Shown here: positions 1-9,083 of the stretch, in pieces
Layout: each line of letters opens with the position of its first letter
Numbering within the stretch: position 1 is the stretch's first letter
DNA from: Pseudomonadales bacterium
GTDB lineage: Bacteria > Pseudomonadota > Gammaproteobacteria > Pseudomonadales > JBFGWM01
DNA length: 64,000 nt
Assembly: GCA_041682035.1 (NCBI GenBank)
Contig: JBFKKR010000002.1
Location: 216 to 64,215 of the forward strand
Reading direction: 5' to 3'
The notes under the pieces: generated by a model
Databases searched by the model: none
The model's input: only the letters and a program-made list of their open reading frames with translations
What the model was told of the DNA's origin: nothing
Position numbers and translations under genes: made by a program

Positions 1-1
1 C

Positions 2-781
2 CGCTACCTGGAGCAGACCGGTGATTTCGAGGCGGTCCTGCTGTGGGACTTCTACCGCGCCTACCGCGCCGTGGTGCGCGCCAAGATCGCCCTGTTCCAG
101 CGCAACACACCGGGACTGGACGCAGCCGGGCAGGACCGGCTGCTGGAAACGTACCGCAGCTACGCCGCGCTCGCGGAACGCTACACCAGCATCCCGCAGC
201 CCTACCTGCTGATCATGCACGGCGTCTCCGGCACCGGTAAAAGTACCGCCAGCGGCGCCATCGTCGAGAAGCTGGGCGCCATCCGCATCCGCTCGGACGT
301 GGAACGCAAGAGAATGCACGGCCTGGAGCGACAGGCCCGCAGTGACAGCGAACTGGACGGTGGGCTGTACACCCCGGAGGCATCCGCGGCGCTCTACCGG
401 CGGCTGGCGAACCTCGCCGAAACGCTGCTGCGCGCCGGCCACCCGGTTGTCATCGATGCGGCGTTCCTCAAGCGCGCGCAGCGGACCCTCTTCCACGATG
501 TCGCCCAGCGGCTGGGCGTGGCCCACCTGATCGTGCACTGCAATACCGAGGAGTCGTTCGTGCGGGAATGGATCCGCCGGCGCGCCGCAGCCGGGACTGA
601 CGTGTCCGAGGCCGGCGAGTCGGTGCTGGATGCGCAACTGGCGAGCCAGGAAAAGCTCGGCGAGGACGAGATCATGTACACGTGGGAAGTCGCCCCGCTG
701 CTGCCCGAGAGCATCGATGCGCTGGTCATCCGCCTGCACCACGTCCTCGCGCAGGACCGGCGCGGGCCGGTTCAGCCGTAG
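2..781 (+). CDS. P-loop kinase / AAA-type ATP-binding domain. This is the 3' part of a CDS that begins upstream of the window (bifunctional phosphotransferase/ATP-binding protein type).
   Basis: The frame stays open to the left window edge (RYLEQTGDFEAV...). Walker A is GVSGTGKST and the stop is TAG 779-781. Confidence 0.7.
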   Translation, partial: RYLEQTGDFEAVLLWDFYRAYRAVVRAKIALFQRNTPGLDAAGQDRLLETYRSYAALAERYTSIPQPYLLIMHGVSGTGKSTASGAIVEKLGAIRIRSDVERKRMHGLERQARSDSELDGGLYTPEASAALYRRLANLAETLLRAGHPVVIDAAFLKRAQRTLFHDVAQRLGVAHLIVHCNTEESFVREWIRRRAAAGTDVSEAGESVLDAQLASQEKLGEDEIMYTWEVAPLLPESIDALVIRLHHVLAQDRRGPVQP

Positions 782-1272
782 GCGTACCACCACCAGGCCA
801 GTCCGGCGGCAACCGCCACCAGCAGCAGGACCATCAGCAGTTCCGCGCGCAGGCCCCGCTCCGGCGCGGGAACGGCCCGCTTGGCCGCCTCCGCCTGCAA
901 CCAGTTGTCGAGCAGCCTGACATTGCGCAGGTTGGCGCGGTTGGCAATATCGAGCAGGTCGCCGATGCCCGGCACCAGGCCGACCAGGAAATCCACCGCG
1001 ACGTTGCCCAGCATGCGCATGCGCAGCCGGGAAGGAGCGCCGGCGCGGCGTGCCAGCCAGATCACGTAGCCGGAGAGCGTCATGCTGAGCGCATCGCCCG
1101 CCACCGGCACCAGTCCCAGCAGCACGTCCCACCCCACCCGCCAGCGCGTGCCGGGAATGCGGAACGCGCTGTCGAGCAGGCGGGACAGTTGCGCCACCCG
1201 ATCGGCAGCGGCCTGCTGGCGGGCCATCCCGGCATCGGCCGGCGGCACTGGTTCATCAGCCTGCATGTGCAT
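772..1272 (-). CDS. DUF4112-like small membrane protein
   Basis: 166-aa ORF with hydrophobic helices and the motif RIPGTRWRVGWD..LGLVPVAGD, which I associate with DUF4112. It has a 10-nt convergent overlap with the preceding CDS. Confidence 0.65.
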   Translation of the reverse strand: MHMQADEPVPPADAGMARQQAAADRVAQLSRLLDSAFRIPGTRWRVGWDVLLGLVPVAGDALSMTLSGYVIWLARRAGAPSRLRMRMLGNVAVDFLVGLVPGIGDLLDIANRANLRNVRLLDNWLQAEAAKRAVPAPERGLRAELLMVLLLVAVAAGLAWWWYAYG

Positions 1273-1336
1273 GTCACTTGGGCTCCGATAGAACGGGCTA
1301 CACTATCATGACCAGTTGCAGCACTCCTGACCCTCC

Positions 1337-2491
1337 ATGACCAAACGCCGCTCTCTGTTGGTGCTAGGCGCGTTGGGCGTCGGTGCAGCAATGACCGCGG
1401 GTTACTGGAAGATTACGCGTCCATCCACAGAGCCGGCCCCGAAAGCACCACCGGCACCGCAGCCTTTCGATCCCGGCCGCACCGTGACGCTCGGATTCAT
1501 CTACGTCGGAGATCCGGCGGATGGCGGCTACAACCAGAGCCACGCGATGGCCGCCCGCGCACTGGGCGAACTGCCGTGGACGCGGGTGGTGGAGGCGGCG
1601 AACGTCGCCGAGGACGCCGGCGTCACGGCGGTCATGCAGCGCATGATCGAGAAGGACGGCGCCGAGTTCGTGTTCCCCACCTCCTACGGATACTTCGATC
1701 CGCACCTGCTGGCCTTCGCGCCGCGCTATCCGAAAGTCCGCTTCCTGCACACCGGCGGCCTGGCACTGCCCGGACATCCACCGAACATCAGCAGCAGTTA
1801 CGGCTACATCGACGAGGCCATGTTCCTGTGCGGGATCGTCGCCGCCCATGTCACCGGGGGCGCGGACCTCGGCTTCGTGGGCGCGATCCCGATCCCGGTC
1901 GTGCTGCGCAACATCAACGCGTTCACCCTCGGTGCGCGGCAGGTGCACCCGGATACCCGTGTGCACGTCCGGTTCACCGGCGGCTGGACCGTGCCCGAGG
2001 CGGAGCAGCAGCTCACCGCCGACCTGGTCGGGGCCGGGGCGCAGGCAATCGCCTGCCACGTGGACAGCCCTGTTCACGTCATGCGGCAATGCGAGGCACT
2101 GGGCGTTCACGCCATCGGCTATCACATCGACCAGTCGCAGAACGCGCCCGGGCAGTTCCTGACCGGCGCGGAGTGGCGCTGGCAGGGCATGTACGAGCAA
2201 TACCTTCGCAGGCACCTGCGGGGCGAGAGCTGGCCGACGATGTTCCGGGGCGGACTCGGGGATGGCATGGTGGCCCTCTCCGGGTTCGCAGAGGCGGTTC
2301 CCCCGGCGGCCCGGCAGGAGGTCGAGGCGCGGCTGCAGGATGCGCGGAAAAACCGGCTGCGCATCTACTCCGGCCCCATCCTCAGCAACGAGGGCGAGGT
2401 CATGATCCCGCAGGGCACCCACCGCAGCCAGGACGACCCCTGGCTCGAGACGATGGACTGGTTCGTGGAGGGCGTGGTGAACCCCGCCTGA
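1337..2491 (+). CDS. BMP-family (PnrA/Med-like) periplasmic substrate-binding protein, paralogue 1
   Basis: Tat-like signal TKRRSLLVLG. Motifs GFIYVG..DGGYNQSH, PTSYGYFDP and GYIDE. The C-terminus DDPWLETMDWFVEG is shared with the next ORF. Confidence 0.8.
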   Translation: MTKRRSLLVLGALGVGAAMTAGYWKITRPSTEPAPKAPPAPQPFDPGRTVTLGFIYVGDPADGGYNQSHAMAARALGELPWTRVVEAANVAEDAGVTAVMQRMIEKDGAEFVFPTSYGYFDPHLLAFAPRYPKVRFLHTGGLALPGHPPNISSSYGYIDEAMFLCGIVAAHVTGGADLGFVGAIPIPVVLRNINAFTLGARQVHPDTRVHVRFTGGWTVPEAEQQLTADLVGAGAQAIACHVDSPVHVMRQCEALGVHAIGYHIDQSQNAPGQFLTGAEWRWQGMYEQYLRRHLRGESWPTMFRGGLGDGMVALSGFAEAVPPAARQEVEARLQDARKNRLRIYSGPILSNEGEVMIPQGTHRSQDDPWLETMDWFVEGVVNPA

Positions 2492-2498
2492 AACCGCC

Positions 2499-3611
2499 AT
2501 GAAGAAGTTGTCCAGACGCAATCTGCTTCGCGCCGGGGGTATCTCGCTACTCGGACTCGCCGCCCTCTCCACCCAGCAGATCAGGGTCCGCCAGCAGGTG
2601 CAGGACGAGTTCCGCATCGGGTTCATCTACGTCGGCGCGCGTGACGACTTCGGCTACAACCAGGCCCATGCGATGGCCGCCGCCCGTCTCGCGCGGGAAC
2701 CGAACGTGCGCGTCTTCGAGCAGGACCGGGTGCCTGAAACTGAAGAGGTACTGGCGGTCATGCAGGGCATGATCGAAAACCACGGCGTGCAGGTCATGTT
2801 CCCGACCTCCTACGGCTACTTCGACCCCTACGTGCTGGAAGCGGCGCGCAGCAATCCGGAGGTGCACTTCGTCCACGCGGGCGGACTGTACCTCCCCGGT
2901 CATCCGCAGAACGTCAGTTCCTACTTCGGTTACATCGACGAAGGGATGTTCCTCGCCGGCATCGCCGCCGGCCACGTGACCCAGACCGGCCGACTGGGCT
3001 TCGTCGCCGCCATGAACATCCCCCACGTGCACCGCAACGTCAACGCGTTCCTGCTCGGCGCACGCACGGTGCAGCCGTTCGCCACGCTCGAGGTCCGTTT
3101 CACCGGCGGATGGTTCCTCCCCGAGGCGGAACGGGCCACCTGCAATGCATTGATCGATGCCGGCGCAGACGTCATGACCTGTCACGTGGACAGCCCGCGC
3201 GCGGTGATCGAGACCAGCGGCGGCCGCGGCGTCGCCTGCGTGGGGTACCACTCGGATCTCGCATCGCTGGCGCCGGAACATGTACTGACCAGTGTCCAGT
3301 GGGACTGGTGGCCACTGGTATCGGACTACCTGCGGAAACTGCGGGCGGGTGAGGAGATTCCCCACATGCAACGCCTCGGCATGCGGGAGGGTATTGTGGT
3401 GCTCGCGCCATTCGGACCGCGGGTGCCCCAGGCCGCGCGGCTGCAGATCGCCGGGATGCACCGGAAGTTCCTCGCCGGGCAGCACAGCGTCTACACCGGA
3501 CCGATCTACGACCAGTCCGGTGAGGTGCTGATCCCGACCGGCGTGCAGCGCGAACGGGACGACCCTTGGCTGGAAACCATGGACTGGTTCGTGAAGGGCG
3601 TGCAGGCTTGA
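2499..3611 (+). CDS. BMP-family periplasmic substrate-binding protein, paralogue 2
   Basis: Tat signal LSRRNLLRAGG. It carries the same motif set as 1337-2491 (clearly a tandem paralogue by eye) and starts 7 nt after it. Confidence 0.8.
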   Translation: MKKLSRRNLLRAGGISLLGLAALSTQQIRVRQQVQDEFRIGFIYVGARDDFGYNQAHAMAAARLAREPNVRVFEQDRVPETEEVLAVMQGMIENHGVQVMFPTSYGYFDPYVLEAARSNPEVHFVHAGGLYLPGHPQNVSSYFGYIDEGMFLAGIAAGHVTQTGRLGFVAAMNIPHVHRNVNAFLLGARTVQPFATLEVRFTGGWFLPEAERATCNALIDAGADVMTCHVDSPRAVIETSGGRGVACVGYHSDLASLAPEHVLTSVQWDWWPLVSDYLRKLRAGEEIPHMQRLGMREGIVVLAPFGPRVPQAARLQIAGMHRKFLAGQHSVYTGPIYDQSGEVLIPTGVQRERDDPWLETMDWFVKGVQA

Positions 3612-6145
3612 GCCGCAGCGCAATCCTCGGTCTTCTCCTGACGACACTCATCGGGGTGGCCGGTTCATTCGGCCTCTACCGCATGGCGATGCAGAGCATC
3701 GAGCGCGACGAGCGGGCGGTGTTCATGCGGCTGGCCACCGCGCGCAGCGGCGCCATCGCGCAGCGACTTATTTCGACCCAGGAGAGCGCCATGAACATGC
3801 ATGGCCTCTACAAGGCGTCGGATCACGTCGACCCGCACGAGTTCGAGTTGTTCGGCGATCTGCAGCACCGCAGGCACACGTCCGTCCACGCCCTGCAGTG
3901 GGTGCCGCACGTACCCGGCGGCGAGCGGGCCGCCTACGAGGAGAAAGTCTCGGCCATGCTGCGGACGCCCTTCCGCATCACGGAGATGAACCAGAATGGC
4001 CTGCTGGTGCCGGCCGCTGAACGTCCCGATTACCTGCCGGTGCAGTACGTGGTCCCCTTGAAGGTGAACAAGACGCTCCTGGGGTTCGACCATGGCAGTG
4101 AAGCGGTCGTCCGCAAGACCCTGGAACTGGCGCGGTCCAGCGGGCTCACCCAGGCCACCACGGCGGTCCGGCTGCCACAGGAGATCGACCCGGCGCCTGG
4201 CGTCCTGGTGGTGGAACCGGTGTACCGGGGCAGTCGCAGCACCAGTATCGACCGGCAGAAGAACCTGACGGGATTCGTCATCGCGGTGGTGCGCATCAAG
4301 ACCGTGCTGCAAAACGCCGTGCACAGCCTGAACCAGGCCGATGCACAGATTCACACCGCGCTGTACGACGTCACCAGCGGCGCGGAGCGGTTCCTGTACA
4401 GCTACGGATCCAGTCCGGCCCGGCCCGTTTCCCCGGAATGGTTGCAGGAGACGATCGTGAACTTCGCTGGTCGCACCTGGGCCGTACGCAACCAGCCCAA
4501 CCTGCCCCTGGTGACAGGCATGCAGTGGCAGCCCCTGAGCATGCTGCTGGGCATGCTGACGCTGACGACGGTCGTCTCCATATTCATCTTCACGTTGATG
4601 TACCGGGAACAGCTGGTGTCCATCGCGGTCGCCGAGCGCACCCGCGAACTGCGGCGCAGCGAAGCCCGCATCCGCGGCCTCCTCGACACCGCCACCAACG
4701 CGATTTTCATCCTCGATGACGGCGGGCGCATCGAGAGCAGCAACCAGGCCGCGAACCGCCTGTTCGGCGACGAGGACGATGGCGGGCTGCCTGCGCATTT
4801 CGCCGAACTGTTTCCGGGTGTGCCCGAGAAGCAGCTCCTGCAGGCCTCCAACCAGGAATTCCAGGTCGTCCTGAGAGACCAGGAAAGGCGCTACCTGCAG
4901 GTCTCGGTCAGCAGCACCGGCGCCGAGGGCCAGCAGTCGCGCATCGCCGTCCTGAACGACGTCACGCTCAGGCGCCGCATGGAGAACAACGAGCGCGAGC
5001 AGAAGCTGCTGCTGCAGAACATCATGCGGTCTATGGATGAAGGTCTGCTGGTGTCGCGCGCCGGCCATCCGCTGATGGTCAACCCCAAGACCGAGTCGCT
5101 GTTTCCGAACGCATCCGCGCTGGTCCGGTCCAGGCCGGTGCCCAACCAGGTCGGCTGGCTGGACCCGGAAACGCTGGAGCCGATCCTCGAGGAGAGCCTG
5201 CCGCTGCACCGCATCCTCGTCGGCGAGGAAGTGCAGAACGAGGAGTATTTCATCCAGAACGAGTACCAGCCCGAGGGCGTCCATGTCGAAGTGACCGGCA
5301 ATGCGCTGCTTGACGCGGGCATGCGGCGCATCGGCGCGATGGTGGTGCTGCGTGACATCTCCCACCGCAAGGCATACGAGCGCAGGCTGCAGGAGACCGC
5401 CGCCCAGCTGGCACTCAGCAACCAGGAACTGGAGAGCTTTGCCCGCGCGGCCTCGCACGACCTGCAGGAACCCCTGCGCAAGGTGCAGCGCTTCGGCTCC
5501 CTGCTGCGCATGTCGCGCGCCGACCAACTGGACGAACAGGGGCTGGATTTCCTCGACCGCATGATCAATGCCGCCGACCGCATGTCCGCGCTGATCGACG
5601 GCCTGCTGACGCTGGCGCGGGTCACCTCCAAGGCCGCGCCGTTCTCCTCGACGCGCCTGAATACGGTGCTCAGCGAGGTACTGGAGGACCTGCAGATCCG
5701 GATCGAGGATACCGGCGCCGAGATCGACGCCGGTTCGCTGCCGACCATCGACGCGGACCCGGTGCAGATGCGCCAGCTGTTCCAGAACCTGATCAGCAAC
5801 GGCCTGAAATACCAGCCCGAGGGCAACCGGCCCAAGATCACCATACGCGCGGAACAGCTGATCCGGGCCCGACCGGTCGAGCACCGCTGCTGGAAGCTGA
5901 CCTTCCAGGACAACGGCATCGGCTTCGCACAGGAAGACGCGGGCCGGATTTTCGGCGTGTTCTCGCGCCTGCACGGCCGCGGCGAATACGAGGGCTCCGG
6001 CGTCGGCCTGTCCATCTGCCGCAAGATCGCCGAGCGACATCATGGCGAGATCAGCGCCACCTCGGTGCCGGGCGAGGGCGCCACCTTCACGGTCATCCTG
6101 CCGGAAAATCAGCCCGGCGCCGCCCGCACCCCGGAACCGGCATGA
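3566..6145 (+). CDS. Sensor histidine kinase: TM, periplasmic CHASE domain, TM, 2x PAS, HisKA, HATPase_c. No receiver domain.
   Basis: CHASE-like segment (LQWVPHV..ERAAYE..LPVQYVVPL). H-box FARAASHDLQEPLRKV. G-box GSGVGLSICRKIAERHHGEI. An alternative start at TTG 3608 would overlap the upstream stop as TTGA. Confidence 0.85.
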   Translation: MAGNHGLVREGRAGLSRSAILGLLLTTLIGVAGSFGLYRMAMQSIERDERAVFMRLATARSGAIAQRLISTQESAMNMHGLYKASDHVDPHEFELFGDLQHRRHTSVHALQWVPHVPGGERAAYEEKVSAMLRTPFRITEMNQNGLLVPAAERPDYLPVQYVVPLKVNKTLLGFDHGSEAVVRKTLELARSSGLTQATTAVRLPQEIDPAPGVLVVEPVYRGSRSTSIDRQKNLTGFVIAVVRIKTVLQNAVHSLNQADAQIHTALYDVTSGAERFLYSYGSSPARPVSPEWLQETIVNFAGRTWAVRNQPNLPLVTGMQWQPLSMLLGMLTLTTVVSIFIFTLMYREQLVSIAVAERTRELRRSEARIRGLLDTATNAIFILDDGGRIESSNQAANRLFGDEDDGGLPAHFAELFPGVPEKQLLQASNQEFQVVLRDQERRYLQVSVSSTGAEGQQSRIAVLNDVTLRRRMENNEREQKLLLQNIMRSMDEGLLVSRAGHPLMVNPKTESLFPNASALVRSRPVPNQVGWLDPETLEPILEESLPLHRILVGEEVQNEEYFIQNEYQPEGVHVEVTGNALLDAGMRRIGAMVVLRDISHRKAYERRLQETAAQLALSNQELESFARAASHDLQEPLRKVQRFGSLLRMSRADQLDEQGLDFLDRMINAADRMSALIDGLLTLARVTSKAAPFSSTRLNTVLSEVLEDLQIRIEDTGAEIDAGSLPTIDADPVQMRQLFQNLISNGLKYQPEGNRPKITIRAEQLIRARPVEHRCWKLTFQDNGIGFAQEDAGRIFGVFSRLHGRGEYEGSGVGLSICRKIAERHHGEISATSVPGEGATFTVILPENQPGAARTPEPA

Positions 6146-6492
6146 ACAGGGGGCAATGGCAACCGGTATTCGAGAGCACCGCGCTCCCCGGCGGCGCGGC
6201 ACGCGAGTTCTGGGTGCAGGGCGTGGCCGGCTTCGCGCTGCGCCTCCACGGCCACCTGGGGGCGTTCGTCAACCACTGCCCGCACCAGGGCCTGCCCCTG
6301 AACTGGCGCCCGCACGACTTCCTGTCCGTGGACCGCCTGCACATCGTCTGCGCCAATCACGGCGCGGTGTTCGACTGCTACAGCGGCCACTGCCTGGGCG
6401 GTCCCTGCGCGGGCGGCGGGCTGGCGCCCTGGGACGTCCGCGAGCAGGACGGCATGATCGAGGTGTGTACGCCGCCCCCGCCGTTCCGCTGA
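6142..6492 (+). CDS. Small Rieske [2Fe-2S] domain protein
   Basis: 116 aa with CPH...CANH (a CxH / CxxH ligand pair). The ATG overlaps the kinase stop as ATGA (6142-6145). Confidence 0.75.
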   Translation: MNRGQWQPVFESTALPGGAAREFWVQGVAGFALRLHGHLGAFVNHCPHQGLPLNWRPHDFLSVDRLHIVCANHGAVFDCYSGHCLGGPCAGGGLAPWDVREQDGMIEVCTPPPPFR

Positions 6493-6499
6493 CGCCGCC

Positions 6500-7702
6500 T
6501 TACCCGTCCAGCGCGCGCCGGATGCGTGCGACCCCCTCCTGCAGGCGCGCGATGTCCGTGGTGTAGGCCAGCCGGATGCGGCGGTCTGCCTCCTGCACGC
6601 CGAAATCATCGCCCGGCGTGACAGCGACACCGTGATCCTCCAGCAGGCGACGACAGAACTCCATGGCGCGCTCCCCGGTGGCGCCGATGTCGAGATACAG
6701 GTAGAAGGCGCCGGCGGGATCGGCGAGCAGCGGCAGCGGCAGCGGCGCCAGCGCTTCCAGCAGCGCATCGCGACGCTGCGCGAACCGGGCGCAACGGGCC
6801 TGCAGTTCCTCCTGTACGCCGGGCTCGAAGGCTGCCAGTGCGGCGTACTGTGACGGCGTCGGTGCGGCCAGGTAGATATTCTGCGCCAGCCGCTCCAGCG
6901 CCTCGCCGGCCCAGTCGGGCGCGACCAGCCAGCCAACCCGCCAGCCGGTCATACCGAAATACTTCGAGAAACTGTTGATCACGATCACGTGGTCACCGCA
7001 CCGCAGCGCCGTGCAGGGTTCCCCGCTGTACTGCAGCCCCTGGTAGATCTCGTCGCACAGGACCAGCCCGCCCAGCCCGGCCACGGCATCGCAGATCCGC
7101 CCGAGCTGTTCACCGTCCAGGACCGAACCGGTCGGGTTGGCCGGGCTGGCGAGCATGACCGCGCGGGTACGGCCGGTCCAGTGGCGCGCAATCAGTTCGG
7201 GGGTCAGTTGCCAGTTGTCCGCCGCGCAGACCGGCACCATTACCGGGCGCGCCCCGCTGCACAGCACGAAGCTGCGATTGCACGGATAGCCGGGGTCCGG
7301 CAGCAGCACCTCGTCCCCGGGGCCGAAGAAGCAGGGCGCGATGATCGAGAGCGCGCCCGAGGCGCCCGGCGTGACGAGCACCCTTCCGGGTGCCACCTCC
7401 AGCCCGAACCGCGTGCGGTACCAGTTCGCGATGGCCGCCCTGAGGGCCGGCAGCCCGGCCGCCGGGGTGTAGTGGGTGCGCCCGGCCTGCAGCGCCTCGA
7501 CGCCACGCCGGCAGACCGCTTCCGGTGTCGCAAAATCCGGTTCGCCCACCTCCAGGTGGACGATATCCTGCCCCTGCGCCTCCAGTTCGCGGGCGCGGCC
7601 CAGCAGCGCCATCACGTGGAACGGCCGGACCTCCCGCATGCGCGCGGCGATCGCCCCGGCCCGCCGGTTCCCGGGCTGCCCCGGCCCCGAATGCACTGTC
7701 AC
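6500..7702 (-). CDS. Class I/II PLP-dependent aminotransferase
   Basis: PFHVM..LEVGEPDF, SPANPTG, and SFSKYFGMTGWRVG (the PLP lysine motif). I chose the GTG 7702 start (GGGAG upstream); ATG 7639 is the alternative. The 476-aa ORF in the track is N-terminally over-extended. Confidence 0.85.
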   Translation of the reverse strand: MTVHSGPGQPGNRRAGAIAARMREVRPFHVMALLGRARELEAQGQDIVHLEVGEPDFATPEAVCRRGVEALQAGRTHYTPAAGLPALRAAIANWYRTRFGLEVAPGRVLVTPGASGALSIIAPCFFGPGDEVLLPDPGYPCNRSFVLCSGARPVMVPVCAADNWQLTPELIARHWTGRTRAVMLASPANPTGSVLDGEQLGRICDAVAGLGGLVLCDEIYQGLQYSGEPCTALRCGDHVIVINSFSKYFGMTGWRVGWLVAPDWAGEALERLAQNIYLAAPTPSQYAALAAFEPGVQEELQARCARFAQRRDALLEALAPLPLPLLADPAGAFYLYLDIGATGERAMEFCRRLLEDHGVAVTPGDDFGVQEADRRIRLAYTTDIARLQEGVARIRRALDG

Positions 7703-7951
7703 AAAATGGTGCTCCCGCCCGGATGGTGGCCAGTGACTATAATTGACCGCAGGCAGGGAAGCACTCACGACGCCTGGATGCCGGCGGGAACCTGGAAGGG
7801 GCCATGCTGGTATGCCCTCCGGATTTCTGATAGCTTCGCTCCGTTTTGCAGGGCCGCCAGCCGATTCGACCGGTTTCCGTGTGTCGATGGGCAGGGTTTC
7901 ACCGGGAGGGCGGCCGCAAGGGATTGTCATCGTCAGCGGGAGGCCTCAGGC

Positions 7952-9058
7952 ATGCCAAAGGGCACGAAATCCACGACCAAGAAGACCGGCGCCAGCCGCC
8001 AGGCCACCACCGCCAAGAGCAGCCGGGCCGCCCGGCCAGCCAGAAGCGCCGCGGCTCGCAAGCCCGCCGCAAAGAAGACCGCCACCTCGGCCCGGACGAC
8101 AACGAAAAAACCCGCCCCGCGCAAGAGCGCGGCAGCATCCGTCAAAGAAGCAGTAGCGAAGGCAGTGAAGAAAGTATCCAGCAAGCGGACCGCAACCACC
8201 CCGGCCAAGAAGACCTCCACGGCACGCAAGCCGACGACGGCCGGCAAGACCGCCGCCAGCAAGACCCGGCGCACGACGACGGCCAAGGCTGCCACGCGCA
8301 AGCCGGCCACGAAGGCCAAGGCCGCAGCCGCCGGCAAGGCGAAGACCACGGCACGGGCGGCCACCAAGACCAAGGCGACCGCGAAAAAGACCCCGGTCAG
8401 GAAAACGGGCGCTGCCAGCAGCAAGCCGGCGGCCAAGGCGGCTGCGCCGGCGAAGCCGTCCCGCGCCAGGGCGGCCGCCGCGAAGACGACAACGCGCAAG
8501 CCCTCCGGCACCGCGCGCAAGCCCGCCGCGACCAAGGCCCCGGCGAAGGCTGCCGCCACGCAGAAGAAGCCGGCGGCGCGGAAACCGGCCGGCAGCGCGC
8601 GCCCGAACCCACGGCGCGCCTCGGCGAGCATCCTGTCGGGCCCGATGATGTCGGAAATCCAGCCCTACAAGTCGAAGTCGAACGAAGAGTACATGTCGCG
8701 CGAGCAGCTCGAGCACTTCTCGCAGATTCTCCTGAAGTGGAAGCAGGAACTGATGCAGGAAGTGGATCGCACCATGATCCACATGAAGGAAGAGGCGGCG
8801 AACTTTGCCGACCCGAGCGACCGCGCCACCCAGGAGGAGGAGTTCAGCCTGGAGCTGCGCACCCGCGACCGGGAGCGGAAGCTGATCCGGAAGATCGATG
8901 ACACGCTCGATCTGATCGACCGGGAAGACTACGGTTATTGCGAATCCTGCGGCGTCGAGATCGGCGTCCGTCGCCTCGAGGCACGCCCCACCGCCACGCT
9001 CTGCATCGACTGCAAGACCCTGGCCGAGGTGAAAGAGCGGCAGGTCGGCGGCCGCTAG
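7952..9058 (+). CDS. dksA: RNA polymerase-binding factor DksA with a ~228-aa Lys/Ala/Thr-rich N-terminal extension
   Basis: The C-terminal ~140 aa are near-identical in pattern to E. coli DksA (FADPSDRATQEEEFSLELR, CESCGVEIGVRRLEARPTATLCIDC). ATG 7952 is preceded by GGGAGG. One frame runs uninterrupted through the basic low-complexity region. Confidence 0.8.
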   Translation: MPKGTKSTTKKTGASRQATTAKSSRAARPARSAAARKPAAKKTATSARTTTKKPAPRKSAAASVKEAVAKAVKKVSSKRTATTPAKKTSTARKPTTAGKTAASKTRRTTTAKAATRKPATKAKAAAAGKAKTTARAATKTKATAKKTPVRKTGAASSKPAAKAAAPAKPSRARAAAAKTTTRKPSGTARKPAATKAPAKAAATQKKPAARKPAGSARPNPRRASASILSGPMMSEIQPYKSKSNEEYMSREQLEHFSQILLKWKQELMQEVDRTMIHMKEEAANFADPSDRATQEEEFSLELRTRDRERKLIRKIDDTLDLIDREDYGYCESCGVEIGVRRLEARPTATLCIDCKTLAEVKERQVGGR

Positions 9059-9083
9059 GCCGCCGGAGCGTCTCCCACCGCGG

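Noticed and set aside
6989-7951. N-terminal 321 codons of the 689-aa ORF that ends as DksA
   Set aside because: This part lies antisense to the well-supported aminotransferase gene and crosses the divergent promoter region. ATG 7952, with a GGGAGG RBS, is the credible start.
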